Shown: positions 10,546 through 25,437, counted from the whole stretch's first letter. The stretch is 61,095 nt of DNA, filler included, from Basidiobolus ranarum (GCA_040143965.1; 12 parts of 12 records of this genome joined end to end with filler, not necessarily neighbours in it), one strand, 5' to 3'. The notes: generated by a model from the sequence alone, not told the origin. Program-made: numbers and translations.

Positions 10546-13050
10546 TGTTTGCATTTTTTATCTTAAGTATTTCAAATATGTGTGATTGCATGGAAATTAT
10601 ATAATAAACTGCATTAGCAAAGTTAATCATAGTTTGATCTGAATCAATTTATCTTACATACATATAAAAATGGCTCAATGCAGAATGCATTATGCTTGTT
10701 CAAACTATAGGAAATTAGCTTTGACATTTTAACCAATAATATAGAAAGATCCCTAATTCTTAGTGAAATTAATAAAGTCTAACATCATAGATGTATATGG
10801 TAGTTACATATCATGTCAAAGCAGATTCTTCCTGATTCACAACCTACATTAGTACCAGAAACCAACACTTCCAAAATTTTGCATGTGCAGCTGAATGCAG
10901 GTGTAGGTGGCACAAAGCAGCATGCATCCAATGATTTTACAGATTCCCAGGTATCCACTATGAATTGTTGCTTGAATATATTAGAATTATTGATAAACAT
11001 GACAGAAGCTGTGGATGAGGGCATTAGATAAACATGGAAGCAACTTTTGACTCTGCTTTGGAGAGAATACTATTTCTTCATGCCTTGAGAAGTCTTCAAG
11101 AGAATATACAATAAGACTCATGAGGATAGAAAGTATGAATCAAGAAATAGGAATTTTGATTTTGAGTCCACAAAAACATGATGGCAATTGTGTTTTTGCT
11201 TGTGTGGACTGGAAGCAATCAGTGCAGCCTCAACATTAGAGACAAAAGATGTACTAAATGGATATTTACCAGTACTCAATGAGACTTTGCAGCAACTGTT
11301 GATGGAGGTTACAGAGTTCAAAACAACATTTCAGGACACCATGGCAAGAGTAATCAACAGAGGTATAAAGAAAAAAGTAAGACAATTTATTGAATTAGAA
11401 GATATTCCCAAAGGCAAATTGCAGAAGTCCAGACCATTGCACAGACATACTGGATCACTCCAAATTGTAAAGACTCTTGACAAGGTATCTATTTCACAAG
11501 AAGAATTTACACAACTCACCACTGGAATTGAGGTAATACCTCCAACAAGGGCAAGGGCCCAACAAGTTGGTTCATTAGCTAGTAGTACACATTGACAGCA
11601 CTACCAGCTTGGAAGAGTCTGTGATGTTTCTCCTGTTTTTGATGAAGAGCAAACAGTCAATAAAGAACCAGAAAGAGGATAGCCTGCATTCTCATGCATC
11701 ATGGTGTGCAATTTACCTGATTCAACCAAACCAATTAGTGAGCTTTTTACATCTGGCCAAGAGTTAGCTCTAAGGAGCATGCCACCAGACAGACATAATG
11801 GTTTAATGCATACCACTGGACACCAGCAACAAAGGCCAACTGTAGGAATTATTGAACCTTCTACTTTGTTGGATGAAGATCTGACTCCTGAGGGCAATCT
11901 TGTAAGATAGCAATCTGTTGCAACATGTATCCTCACAAGACCAAGACATTGGGTGTCTGAGAGATATAGTAGAGCTCTTACTGAGCTTGAAGAAGCCACA
12001 ATAGCTAAACACAAACCTGAAGGTAGACAATATGTTGCAACATGTACTGCCATATGAATGCAGCCATGGCCAGCCAAAAGAGATGAAGCTTTTACCATGC
12101 TTGAAGAGGCAAGAACTGCACAACACAAACCTCAAGGAAGATGAATGCTCAAATACATATTGCCATGCAACCACAGCCATGGCCAGTTGACATACATAAA
12201 GCTTCTACTATGGTTGTTGAATCAATAACTGTTCAGCACAGAACTTAAGTGAGACATTCCGGGTTGACACATAGAACTGCACACCAGTAGCAATGGCTGG
12301 TTGACTTATTAAGTTACAAAAATTGCTTTTGTCTTTATGAAACACTGATAGTATGAAATTGTAATATATGAACTAAATCAATGATAGCCTATTAATACAA
12401 GCAATTTCACTACAATTTAATGAAAAAGTCTGTCAATAAAAAGCTTGTGCAGCCATGTTGGCTCAATATGGCTCATTCCATTCATATTCTCAACCAACTA
12501 GAAGCTTATATGATTAAATAAACAATTTGCTAATCCAAAAAGATGAATCAAGTGATGCTGATCATTACAATCAGACTGCAGTTTGCTCCACTATTGAGTG
12601 CTGTGATTTATCACCAGTGTGCCAAAACTACTGCTGTTTCATAATGTGGGAGCCATTGAAGAACAGGATATTGTGTGAGTAAGAGATAAATGATTAGCCT
12701 AAAAACATATGATTGTCTTAGTTATATATTTGATAATGAAAGTTATGGTATAAATTGTTTATTGTTGCACATTCAACAATTTGTAAGTTACCAACCAAGG
12801 GATAAACTTGCTTTATTAGGTATCCAAAATAGTTATTTGGCAATACTAAATTGGGTAACTTGGTATGGGCTGGCATGATATCTCCAAAATATCATCTTGT
12901 CAGATGATGGTGTGATAGTGCCATATTGTTCCTTTTAGTTTCCAATTGAGTGTTACAGGACCTAGCCATGATAATTGACAGATTGTTCAGATGGTTTGTT
13001 AGCAGGCTAGATTGAGCAGCACAATATGACCTGGCCCAATGTAACAAGTC
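10546..13050 (+). mobile_element. PIF/Harbinger element, ORF2 arm through right TIR (decayed)
   Basis: 10546-12300 is colinear with 38455-40560; ends in AATGTAACAAGTC, the inverse of left terminus GACTTGTTCCATT (37279) with one mismatch. Confidence 0.75.
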
Positions 13051-13094
13051 TATAGCATTAAATGCTTTAGTTATATCATGATTGCTTATATGTT

Positions 13095-13640
13095 TATAAG
13101 ACCAGAGAGTGTGAAATTGTCATATATTAAAAAAATCAATGATAGCCTATTAATACAAGCAATTTCACTACAATCAAATGCAAAATGTCTGTCAATAAGA
13201 AGCTTGTGCAGCCATTTTGCCTCAATAAGGCTAAATCCATTCATGTTCTCATCCAATTAGAAGCTTACATGCTGGAATGAATAAAATGCTGATCTAAAAA
13301 TGCTGAATTAAGCAATCCTGATCATTACAATTGTACTGAAGATCAATCAATTATCAAGTGCTGTGATTTGTCACCACTGTGCCAAAACTACTGGTGTTTC
13401 ATAATGCTGGAGCCAGTGGGCCCAATTAAAGATCAGGATATTGTGTGTGTCAGAGACAAATGATTGGCACAAAAGCATGTGAATGTCTTGGACATACATC
13501 TGATTTGCTAAGTTACACTGTAAATTGTGTGTTGTTACACATTCAATTATTGGTATGTTACAAACTAGAGGATGAACTTGTTTTGTCAGTTACTAAAAAT
13601 CTTTATTTGACAGCACTAATTTTGGTAACTTGGTTTTGCA
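13095..13640 (+). repeat. Second copy of the Harbinger right subterminal region
   Basis: Direct similarity to about 12340-12870 (AATCAATGATAGCCTATTAATACAAGCAATTTCACTACAAT; GTGCCAAAACTACTG). Confidence 0.8.
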
Positions 13641-13989
13641 TATGATTTGGGTTGATGAATTATACACTTAAGTTTTATTGAATTGCATATGTCCTGTTTA
13701 GAGTTAATATTAACTAGGACTTTTGAATAAGCTTAGATCAAAACAAGCATGCCCATAAAGCTTGGGTAAAGCCTTAAGGTGATTTTCAGAAGTTTTTGAG
13801 AAAATAACAATATTTGGTAAAAGTGATCTAATTAATATTTCCATCAATTAGAAAAATGATCACATATTTTTAAATTTTAGAATCAAGTACTCACCAGTAA
13901 CAATTTGAAAGTACCAATCATCATATAATGAGTTGCTATTTACCAAGTTTCAATATTCCTGCTTGACTAGTTATCTTATATTTCTCATA

Positions 13990-14890
13990 AACCTAACTTC
14001 TATGTTAATAACTCAGATTGTGCTTTTGCTAAGGGTCTGGTTAAGAAGTCAGCAAACATTTCTTGAGAAGGGCAATGGACAGGGTTAATTATCTCATTCT
14101 CTATAGCTTATCTAACAAAATCTTGCCTAATATCTAATATGTTTTGTTCTAGCATGAAATGTAGGGTTTTTAGCTAATGAAATACAACTTTAATTATCCA
14201 CTAATACAGTAATAGCACATTTTTGCATCTATCCTAAGTCTTTAAATGGCATCCTTAACCACAGAGCTTCTTGTGGTGTAGCTGAAACAGCCATATACTT
14301 TGCTTTTGTATTGGAAAGTGATATGATTGGTTGCTTGTTATTCTTCAAAGTTATGGTCCTGCTGCAAAGAGAAAAGTGTGCCCAGTTAGTGATCTTCTAT
14401 AATCAAGATTTCTTCAGAAGTCTGCATCACTATGGCCCTTGACATTTTGTGCACCAGGAGTGCCAGAGTATTCCAGAACTATGAGCACCATTTATCACAA
14501 ATATCTCAATATTTGTTTTACTGGTGTGTTGTGCACACATCCTGGATTTTTGAGATATAGGCTGACAGTTCCCACAGCTGCAGCAATATCTGGATGTATT
14601 CCAACAAATGGATAGAGCAAACTACCCACCATGGATGGCTAAATCAACTCCTTGCTGTTATTTGGGTCATTTTGGGCCAATATGGATGAAATTTGATTAA
14701 TTTAACATTGGGATCCATTGCTGTTGGTACAGGCTGGCTATTCTCCAGGTTGAAGTAGGTTAGGAGGTCTAGGATATATCAAGACTGACTAGGCATGATT
14801 TCTGATTGGGTTTGTCTCTCTTGATTTGAATTCCAAGAAAATAACTTAGTTCACCCATATCAGTCATCTAAAATTGGTTTGAACAGCTGT
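13990..14890 (-). mobile_element. Ty1/Copia RT-RNase H remnant
   Basis: Minus strand gives ISLAKNPTFHARTKHI, ADFLTRPLAK, TDMGELSYFLGIQI, with stops and frameshifts. Confidence 0.88.
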
Positions 14891-15330
14891 TTTTTGTCTG
14901 ATTACGGGCAACTGAGAGTGCCAGGATTGATCTGTTGAAGCTACACCTAGCTATTGGAGCCAAAGATTCATTAAAGTCACCTCATGGAGTTTGGGAATAG
15001 CTGTTTGCAATTAATCTTGCTTGGTACCTGTCTATGGTCAATCAGCTTGATTTTGGGCTTAGTTGACTAATTTGCAACCTATTGGCTTTATTCCTTGTGG
15101 TGAAGGACTCAGGACCCAGCAAGAAATCTGTGAAATATGATTAAGTAACCCCTGTACAGAAAGGTAAAGTCACTTAGAGTGTTATGGAACAATTAGCAGT
15201 ACAAAATAAATATGGTGCAAGTGTGAGTAGNNNNNNNNNNNNNNNNNNNNNNNNNNNNNNNNNNNNNNNNNNNNTTAATTAATTAANNNNNNNNNNNNNN
15301 NNNNNNNNNNNNNNNNNNNNNNNNNNNNNN

Positions 15331-15532
15331 TAAGACACTATGAATAAAGCTTTCATTATCTTTTGAATGTGCAATAATGTCTAAAAGTACTTTTCTTAAA
15401 CATACCACATAAGTAAAATAAACTGTTTCCAAAATGGTAAAAAACATCATGCCGGATAGTGCCCAATCATGCCAATTTGTGCTGGCACACTTTTTAGCTG
15501 GCCTGATCTGGCTCAATAAAATGGAACAAGTC
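15331..15532 (+). mobile_element. Harbinger transposase-side terminus
   Basis: Matches 36116-36319; ends AATGGAACAAGTC followed by TAA (15533-15535). Confidence 0.8.
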
Positions 15533-15535
15533 TAA

Positions 15536-17600
15536 CATCTACTTCCAAAGTGGCTACTTTGTCAACTATTGAACAACCCTCCATAGAAATTTTGCATACA
15601 AATATTACAACAAGCAAATCACAAGCAGAACACCACAATGAATTGTATGTGATCAAAAGTAAAAACTCAAAGTTCCTATGCAGGCCATGCCAAGCAATAA
15701 CACCACAATATTGCAATTAATGCCGCAATCTGAAGCAAGTAGTCAACAATTAGACAATCACTCAACAATGATACTTGACCTTCAGAATGCTTTACATGAG
15801 CTTCAGCAACATGCTGCTCCCTCTGTCCGTTCTCAAGTGGGATTTCTAATAATCCCACACCATACCTATGAATGTCACTGTGACAATCTAGCAGAGCAGA
15901 ATCAGCGTTGGACCATTAAGCCTATACAACAACCAAAAATTGCTTAGGCATATGAATGTAGAAATCTAGTAGGAAAACCAACAAACCTAAGGACTCTGAA
16001 TGTCAGAGCTGCAATCACTTGCTCTGACAAAGATTGGTTTAACATTTTGGAAACTGTGTGGAATCTTGCCTGAAAGCACCTTGATTTGGACCAATTGTGG
16101 AAAATCCAAAAACTAGGTATTACTTTGAAGGTTCTTGACTTATTTCTTGTGGCTTATCCTGCATTTTACAAGCAAATGGCAATTGGGCTAGTATAGACCT
16201 ATTTGTGAAACATCTCAAAAATTTATGCAATTATTGACTTGGAACAGAAAGAAATGCAGCTAACAAAGTACTCAAGGAGCAGGAAGTTAATAAACCAAAG
16301 GGAAAAGCAAACAAGTCGGTGAGTTTAGGCTCAACTGTCCTACTCACCAAATTCTTCACACTATTATAAAGATCTGTACTTCCAGAGTCATATATACTGG
16401 TAAAAAGGCTTAATTTAACCATGGAACCAGGTACACCAGTTGGAGGAGTGCCAAATTTGGAAGCTTATCCAACACCTGGAACCTCTCAACAAGCTAAAAC
16501 ACCAGCAAACAAAACTCATGGCTCTCCAACCTCAAATGGTACTTTTCAAAGTGTTGAAATTAGTCCCAAAGATAAAGGCAAGCAAAAAGCCACACAAACA
16601 CTGCAAAGCACCCTGTTGAAAAAAAAAATTAGCCCCAAACTTAGAGGCAAGCAAGAAGCTGAACGCACCCCACCAAGCACCCTCAGTTGTGTCACACTAC
16701 AAGGATGTTTAAAAAAGTAAAAGTACTTGAGGAATATTTTCAGAAGTATATAGTGAAACATTCAGTACAAGTATGCAGAAAGTGGCTTCAGAAAAAGAAC
16801 ATTAAATTGGACTTTGCATCTGGTGCTGACCATGCAGATATCTGGGAAGAACCTAATACAGAGTGGCCCAATATCTCAGGGTATGTGCCAGATAGCTGGA
16901 AAAATGTTGATTCAGCAATATTAATACAATGGTGGGCTTTGAAAGAGATACAAATACAGACTTGGGTTTGATGTGAGGTAAACCTTGGGTATGAAAAACT
17001 TTATAAAATTTTTCAGGCAAATGTATCAAATGAACCAGGGATTTCAAAGGTGACAAATTAGCTTTCAAGTGGTAAATGTGGGAAATTTGAGTTACATTTT
17101 TTCACATGTGTTGATCCATAATTCTCTGAGATTGTAGCCAATTATGTGCAACTAATCTGCAATATCTTGAAAATTCACTCCTGAAACTGAAAAAATTGAT
17201 TAAATATAATCTAACTTGAAGACTTTATGATGGCAAGTTAATAATAGATCCAAAATGGATTAAAATTGTGACAGTTTGCCTGTTAGAGTAGTTGGAAGTC
17301 TGTTGCAAGTGGTTTGGAGAATTAGAGGATTCAGTGGTTTCACTGATTGATTTATTGAGTAGAAAGTTGACAATTGTATTTTTGTCAAGATGTAAACAAA
17401 CTAACATGTAGATTGTGTTAAGGAAGGTCCCAGGATCATTTGTGCCAAGTTTGGGGCTTCTAGCTCAATTTTGAAAAATCAACATATCTGAGAATTTCCA
17501 AGTTGGTAACAATAGTCTAAGTAAATTCTAATCAAGAATATTGGATGATATCTTAGCAAAATAAAAGATAACTAAGTACTAAGCTATATACAACTGTATA
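15536..17600 (+). mobile_element. CACTA-family ORF2 remnant and downstream repeat
   Basis: Colinear with 32230-33300 and 34560-35636, and inverted with 56108-57140. Confidence 0.75.
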
Positions 17601-17649
17601 GGTATTTAGGCAATGCTAATTTCAACATTTACTACAATAACAATCCTCA

Positions 17650-19740
17650 AATTTCTGTTAGAGGTTATTCCAGTACTGATGGTAATATATCACAGGATGA
17701 TGAAGAAGGCAATGGCTTTGTTACCAACTCTTTGTTATTGAAAAGCAATAGGTCATGCATAACACTTACAGTAAAGGAAGCAGCTTTGATTTCTGAGGAG
17801 TGCAGAGTTCAATCCAATCTTGTCAACCAGATGTTTACTGGTTTTCTAACACTTTTAGTGTAGTTGATTGGTAATTGTGGGATGCCACAGACCCGGTACA
17901 AGTCAAAAACACTTGTTAATCATGTGACTTATAATTTGTCAAAAATTAATCTACACTAATGTCTAAATGGTTGTTTGTCTTTCACTGGTAATCTGAAAAC
18001 CCAAAGTCTTGAATTGTTTGCACACAATTGGCAATCACTGAGGCAGGTGAATATTGTTCAAATTTGGCTAACGTACCATTGATTCACCATCTTAAAACTC
18101 TGATGAAATAACCCAAATATAGATCATTGCTCCAATATCAAGGTACACACTGTAAAGCTGATGGTATTACCAACATAATTGATCAATGTGCAAACCAAAA
18201 TCTGACAAGTCAAGATTTCTTTGAGAGCACATTTGATCTTGCGTTTGGATTGGCTCTGAAAAGTCAAGGTTTCTTTGAGAACATGTACAATCATGCATTT
18301 TCATTGGCTCTGGATGGTTTCTTGCTAAACCAATATACCATTGGAAAGGCTTGCTGGCCAATAATTTTAATCAACTTAAATCGTCCTCCTTCTGAATGGT
18401 ATAAGAGTCACAATATTTTGATACTATCCATCATATCAGGACCTAAATCACCAGTGGTTATAGATAGCTTCTTGGAGCCTTTGCTTGTGGAATTTAAGTG
18501 GTTATCTAATGGGGTTCAAATGGGTGAATATTTTGTTAAAGCTAATATAATTGTATGTATTGGTAACATTCCTGCAATCAGTCTACTTTGAGGTTTCTGT
18601 GATCTCAATGTTCAATCCTGCTATAGATTTTGTCAAATCCATGGAGCTTACTCCACCTGGCATATGCATTACTACTATCCATATACAATACCAAGCTCCA
18701 TGATTTTACCATCAAGAGCCTGGTCAGATTTCACCATGCTCACTGATATCAATTCACAATATAGTCAGTCTAACATCAAACTTGGGATTAGTTGTAAGCC
18801 TGACATTATATTGCTAAAAGGGATTGGCTGGAGCCAGAGCTCCTCATTATGCACAATGCACCTACTATTCAACAACATTCTAATACTGCTTACTCAGCTA
18901 TGTAGTGGAAAATTCAATATGAATTAGCCATTAGAGATAGGATGAAAGTTTGAATCAACTGCAAAAATGCTTGAAAATATCAAGATACCATCATGTTGTA
19001 CCAGGACTCCCATCAATATCCACCCATCTATGAATTTATTCACATGCAAAGACTAGAAGCATGGGATTTATATATATTCAAGTGAAATCTTGAAAAGATT
19101 TCTGTCTGAAAATATTGGCAACATTAGGAGTTGTTTGTGGATATCATGTGTATGTTTTTGAGGTATCAACTCACATTGGCTGATCTCAGGCAGACACAGT
19201 GACTGTGTAGAGACTTTGCAATTGGATATGAAAAACTTCATCACAGATTTCAAGACTATAGACTGAATCTATGCCAATATTCAATACATTCCCTGCTGCA
19301 TCTTTCACAATGCTTGAAGATTGTAGGCCCTTGCTATAAATTCTGGAAGTTCTCAATGGAGTGTACCTGTGGTGAAATGATGCTCCATGTGAAATCCTTG
19401 GCATTGTCATATGTTAATCTGATTAACAATCTATCAGCGTAATCAGTTATGGATGTAATGCAGTTTGTTAACAAGACTCCAGAATATATATTAATCTTCC
19501 AACAGAGGGCTCTTTTCAATGTGCTTACAGGTTTCTGCATTGTTTGAGCACAATAACAACAACAAAACCCAATCCATGGACTCAGAGTAAATATATCTAT
19601 AGTTAGAACTAATTTGTTTGAGTGTCAATCAGAAGGTTTTTCTAGAAAAGCTGCAAAACAGACTTCTTGGCTAGATAGATTGCAATATGCAATACTATTG
19701 TTTTAGCCATGGCATAATCTATTCAAGGAATGATGCACCA
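17650..19740 (+). mobile_element. Decayed CACTA/EnSpm Tnp2-type transposase
   Basis: ALDGF...CWPIILINLNRPPSEWYKSHNILILSIISGPKSP..IDSFLEPL..EF..L..G...CIGNIPA and MHLLFNNI; many stops. Confidence 0.85.
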
Positions 19741-19779
19741 ACTTGTCATACTGCCATCAGCACTGGAATAACCAAGGTC

Positions 19780-20334
19780 AACATCTAGCAGCATGTCTGC
19801 AGAGTTGTCTGGACTTACTGGTTTGACCAAAGTTGACTTTTACCTACATCATTTTGGTCATATATCTGTGGTAACTCCATGGTATCTTGACTTTCAGCAG
19901 TGTTACCAAAACTTTGAGACAAAGTACAGTCAGCAGACACAGTGGGCAAAACTTAAGTCAATTTTGTGCACTAATTACTATTAATATTCACCAGGCTTTG
20001 TGCAGCTGGTGGCTTTGTACAGTAATCATGCCTGTCATTCTTTTTTCTATGAAGCCTCCAGCTTTGATAACACAAAAATTTTTGACAATAATAGCAGGGC
20101 TTCTTTGAATGTTTGTGTTGCACCATGACAAGGATACTGTGGAAAAAGAATACCCACACCATAAGTGTGGTATTTTAGGTATAGCCCATCAATATCATCA
20201 GCTGATTCTGAGCCAGTGTCAGAGAAGCATCATCAGGGGATTTACAAGATATTCCCGATAATGAATGGCAATTTTGGCTTAATATAAGCTGATTCTAAGC
20301 AATTTCATTACACCAAGTTTTTCATCTGCATATT
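19780..20334 (-). mobile_element. Inverted copy of the segment between the CACTA transposase and ORF2
   Basis: Reverse complement of about 47340-47880 and 57440-57980. Confidence 0.7.
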
Positions 20335-21062
20335 NNNNNNNNNNNNNNNNNNNNNNNNNNNNNNNNNNNNNNNNNNNNTTAATTAATTAANNNNNNNNNN
20401 NNNNNNNNNNNNNNNNNNNNNNNNNNNNNNNNNNGAGCTTTATGGTAAATGCTGGGGTTATATTAGCCGAGTTTTCTATAGATGAATGAACGGGCGGGTA
20501 ATTTACCGAGGGTGGCTGCTAAATCGATTAATTGAAATTCATCCTCATCGGCCTGATCAGCATGTGGTTAATATATAAATATAGAATCCATACTAACTCA
20601 GTCTATGACGACATCGCTCATTTCAGGTGAGATATTGTCTAATTTCCTCTTCAGAAGTCTCGACAAATTTCTGTTTTGAATAAATTTTTTTGCAATTGAA
20701 TATTTGGTAATAGGTCCACTTGTACAAAGTTCCCTTTTATAGACATGGCTGCCATTGATTTGACGAAGCGAGATCCACCTGACAAGCTGTGTATTTAGAT
20801 AATATCGGAAATATCTCCTTTGGTACCACTTCTGTTGAAACATGCTAAATCCAATTAGAATCGTGTTTATTGAGAATGCGAGCATTCATTAAGATCAAAT
20901 GGGTCTGTATATGTAGTATCTTTAGATTTCTTCCCAAGGCGAATTTCAGAGGACGCTTTGAATCAGATGTGCTAAATTCTTGTGTTGTGCTGATGAATAG
21001 ATGCCGTGATAGAACCTGATCCGATTTCTCTGCCCCACATCGTGATTAGTGATTCTTCTAGG

Positions 21063-23195
21063 TTAATCATTTCTCCTACTTTCGAGAAAATTGATCATTA
21101 GAGAGCTAAGTGTGTTGGCTTCTGAAAGCTTTGTTTCAAAAAACGCGGCCGTATCCATGAAGCGTTTTTTATAACTGTCCATGTTGCTATGTTCAATGCA
21201 TTGCGCCCAACCTAGTGTTGCAAGGTAATACTACAAGACAAATCTTACTAAAGAAGCTCAATGTATTAGCCACCGTAAAGAGATATACTTACAGCTAGAT
21301 CATGAGTACGAATTTGACGATCATACAGAGCAGTTTGAATCCCCATCTCTAAGGTTTCTTCATCTCGAAATGAGTATTCAATTATTCCAAGCCATAACCT
21401 AAACAGCGGCGTTTGACAAATAAGATGATCGTAGGGATTAATCTTCATGTTATACCAGCAATCCACCTGGATTCAAACAACGCATTAGCCCTGGATAGTA
21501 GTTTTCTGTTCAGATCTAAAGGAACCATATATACTTACCATAGCGAATAGTGACAAGTTTGAGTTTGGCCGCTTATCTGTCTTGGGAACCGTGGAAAGAG
21601 AGAATTCGTTTAAAATATCCTGTGGCAACTCGATATACCGATTTTCTCTTCCGTTGCCAAATATGAATTCTTTAGCCTGGGTGTTCACGTTAACATTATT
21701 TAAAGTGTTATTTCGTAAGAATTAAATCAAATTGAGTCTCTTACTCTACAGATTCTCTCTCGAAATTCCAATTCTTTTTCTGAGATAATGAGTTGATACA
21801 GCGTTGATACGGATTCGCCATATTGCTTGATTTGTGCACGTGCGTATGAGTTGAAGATTGCTATACCTATGGAGTATACATGTCCTTAATAAGAACCAAG
21901 TGGAAGACATGCCATCTCTACTTAGTAACATTCAATACCTGCGTACACATGCCATTTGTTGCTGTAGATACGTAGAGCCAAGTTCACTTTGACATTGCCA
22001 ATGCCATCGATATAGGCAGGATTTTCCCACTAATTGAGAGTCAATTTTGTCAATGTTACAGTGGATACATGTAGAATATTCAATCGTACCGGGACGATTC
22101 CACCAGTCTTCCATGCAGTTCCCATACTGTAAAGAATGTTAATATCTCAAATCCAGACTTAGAAAGAGCCACATTTACATGGAGGCTACCTTTCGAAAGC
22201 CAAGTGAGTGGCTGCTTGAGTATCAGCAGTTATTCTAGAATAATGAAAAAAGATAGCCACGGTTTTAATCAATAAAGTATAGACAAATAGAAAGGCACGT
22301 TCAAACCGGTCATGTTCTTGCCATGTTAGCGGAATGACTTTTGAGTTCAAACTTTCAAGGATACGGTATACTAAGTCGTATTTCGTTTGGTCACCTCGAT
22401 AATTAATGATGATCTGAGAGAATTGAGTAAATAGCATCTATAATGCATGATTAAAAACTACTTACCAATGGTTGATCGGTTGGATCGACATTAGGTCCAT
22501 GCAGGGAATGGCAGGTAACAATACTTATGTCCTCTGGTAGGTGTTTTTCGAATGCCTCAATCTCTGGTTGCTTCACAGAGGTCTTTCGATATCAACAGAT
22601 GAGTGAAGAACTAACAGTTGGCGATGATTGATTTTGTATACCTGACCCCCTACTATGGCGCCAAACTTGGTAGCTAGAATAGAGATAATTGCTCAGTAAC
22701 GTCAGGATCATTGGTGAAATATTGGAAGTATCATACATGGTCCGTACTGTTGTACCACAGAGTCAATGAATTCTGTTTCCACAGAATAGATGATGAAATC
22801 ACTTCTTCGTGAGACCAGATGTCCATTTTCAAGCACGTTCACGCCACTGCCTACCAAGATCGTATCCAACCAATAGATAAGGAGAGATGAAAAGCAAAAC
22901 AATAGGCCAATCTCAAGAATTTACCTTGGAATTGCTTTTGGATGATTTCAAATCGCTCAGGTAAATCACATATATTTACGCTATAAATTAGAGAACATTG
23001 AATACGAGCCCTAATAAAAGGCCATTATTGCAAATTGAATTACTTCCATCCAGCCTCTTGGATTTTATGAGCGTACAACTGACCCATCACTCCGGCACCT
23101 ATAATTCCCACTTGGATATTCTCCTTCTCTATTTTAATATTCTTTTCACCTAGCATCGGATTTGATATGAATGTGGATTGAGAAGATTCCGTCAT
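21063..23195 (-). CDS. TYR1: Prephenate dehydrogenase, about 13 exons
   Basis: Spliced reading gives VGIIGAGVMG, NGHLVSRRSDFIIYSVE, GAIVGGQTSVK, CHSLHGP, EHDRITADTQAATHLAF, LRIYSNKWHVYAG, INPYDHLICQTPLFRLWLG; short GT-AG introns (exon 1 23195-23044, exon 2 22980-22925); TAA at 21063. Confidence 0.93.
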
Positions 23196-25114
23196 TGGTT
23201 TTTGACTGGTCTTTATAAAGAAGGGCAACTGGTAGATTGATTGTCGTCAAGCTGAAACAATTGCTTTATTGAAACGAAATATCCTTGCATATTATCGCTT
23301 TCAAGAATGTGGAATACCTTTAGTAGCGGTGAACATTAGAAACTCTTTTCAATGAGCTGTACTACGAATCTAGTTGCATACGTAACTGGCCATTTAACTT
23401 TGTATGAAGATGACACTATAGCCGCATTTAATTGGTTGATATTCGAATTAGGCACTAGGACTGATTTCATGCCTTCAACTATTATGCTAGAACTTAACCA
23501 TACTCTGTTACATGGTTCAGATTCATTTAATCCTTCTCGGCATCACTGCACATTTACTTGCAAAACGCCCGCATCCTTTATCATCATGCCTACTGCTGTA
23601 CTTCTACTCTTTCCCCTAATTGTGCATTCTTAGCCACAGAACACTAAATTCATTGCTAAACCGAAAACAGTGGTTACTAGATAAATATTATTGTATGGAT
23701 TTGAAATACGTAAGTTTGAATGGTATGTTCAAAATTTGGCATCCAGTCATGAGAATGAGAGTAACAACATCACCAAATTTTAATAGATACTAAGATGTAT
23801 ATTTATGAGATATAGATGTATTGGAAAGCGGTGAAAATCCAGTTTTGGGATGGATATTCTAGACACCCATTTCAACTGGGTTTATTTAGTTTAATAAAAA
23901 TTTCGATTATGATGAAAGATGGAATCGATTGCTTCATTACTCTGAAGTAAATCACACACCTCTCAAGGTAGAGAATAGGAGAGGGAATACAATGGACTGT
24001 TGCTGATGTTTCAACTTATCAAACGATCCTTGGCTGTGTACGCCAGTTTCAATTACCAAAGCTTTTGTTGGTTCGATTATCACCACTATTACACTCAGGG
24101 GTAATTAGCATGTGCTAGATCATCCATATCGGGAACGGCAGTATTAATCCTAAGCAACTCCACAAATCACCTAGAGGATATCGAATTCCACACTATAAAA
24201 GGGTTTCCTCCGAAATCATGTGGTCTCTCCCTCTGTAGCCTATTAATAGAATGGGAACGAGATTGTTCCAATAGATGGATGATGGTGTGGCTTCGCACAT
24301 TATATTTCTCGACGATTCATTACTAGCATCAGGACTGCACAAACTAATCCACTGAACACATCTACTCCCACCTAATCCTTTCCAATGAGGTTCACACTAC
24401 ATATAGATAGATCTAACTCAAAGAATGACGTGGGAATATTTCAAGCATGTTAGGAATCCAAACCATCTATTGATGGTCCTTCACCGCAGTCTCTTTCTCT
24501 CTAAATTTGGAAGTATGACGAGTGTCCATTGAAAATTGAATTGGCAAAGATCAATTGATTCGTGCTGGGGGATCCTATTCCAAATAAATCATCTTTCTTT
24601 TTTGAGACGTGACCGCCTATTCAATCAGTCATATCAGTGGAGTGGCAAGCAAGAGAAAAGGTGTGGGGGAGGATCAGAGCAAGAGGGATAGAGAGTAACA
24701 AATATGGGCAGAAATCCAAGCACATGTATGGTTTAATATTGGCTTGTTATAATTAGTAACCAACCAAATAAAGAATCGATCATAATGATGATTTTCCTAT
24801 TTAGGGTCCTTTTTTTCAAGAACCCTCTTCTGTTTCTATAAAACTCATGAAACTCTGAAGTTTAATATGCAAAATCAGTTAAAGTGCCCGCAATTGAATT
24901 CAAGTATATCCATGGAATGAAGCTTAAAAGCGAGATTAAGTGAGGTTGACATTGAATTAGAGAAGATGCGAAGAAATTCCTTTGACTTTGGCTCATAGAC
25001 AGGTGAAAATGTATTTAAAAACAAAACAATAGATAAAAATAAAATAAAATAAAATCAAGTTACAAATCAAATATACACATAATCGAGTTCTTCCGCTAAT
25101 CTTTCTGATGGTAA

Positions 25115-25437
25115 TTACGGTATGGAAATTCCCTCCTGTGGCAGGCTAACAAGATACTCGATTTTGGAGATTCATGGCTGTGCTAAGGATACATTCCGTC
25201 ATTAAATGCGATATCGTTAATCGAGACTAAGATTAAAATACTTGTTCATTCAATTGACGATGACAGTACGAGTTTGGTCTTTGTCCACAAGGATTTGTTT
25301 ACTAGACACACTCTGCCCAAAATATAGTATATAGGTGTTGGTCATAAAAGAGTATCGGCTTCAAATCCTTGGAAGAACCAAGTAAGAGCGCTGTGGTGTT
25401 CAAAAATTGTCTGCAATAGTCAGATTTTCCTAATAAA
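25115..25437 (-). CDS. Probable last exons of an unidentified spliced gene
   Basis: Open frame KSDYCRQFLNTTALLLG...VDKDQT; two plausible GT-AG introns give LSINDIAFNDGILPQEGISIP*; T-rich tract downstream on the minus strand. Confidence 0.4.

Noticed and set aside
20435-20885. Possible gene downstream of TYR1 (95-aa ORF; TACTAAC..CAG at 20591)
   Set aside because: No consistent spliced frame on either strand and no recognisable motif.
25255-25310. WD40-like TVRVWSLST on the plus strand
   Set aside because: Isolated in a short frame; the minus-strand spliced reading fits better.
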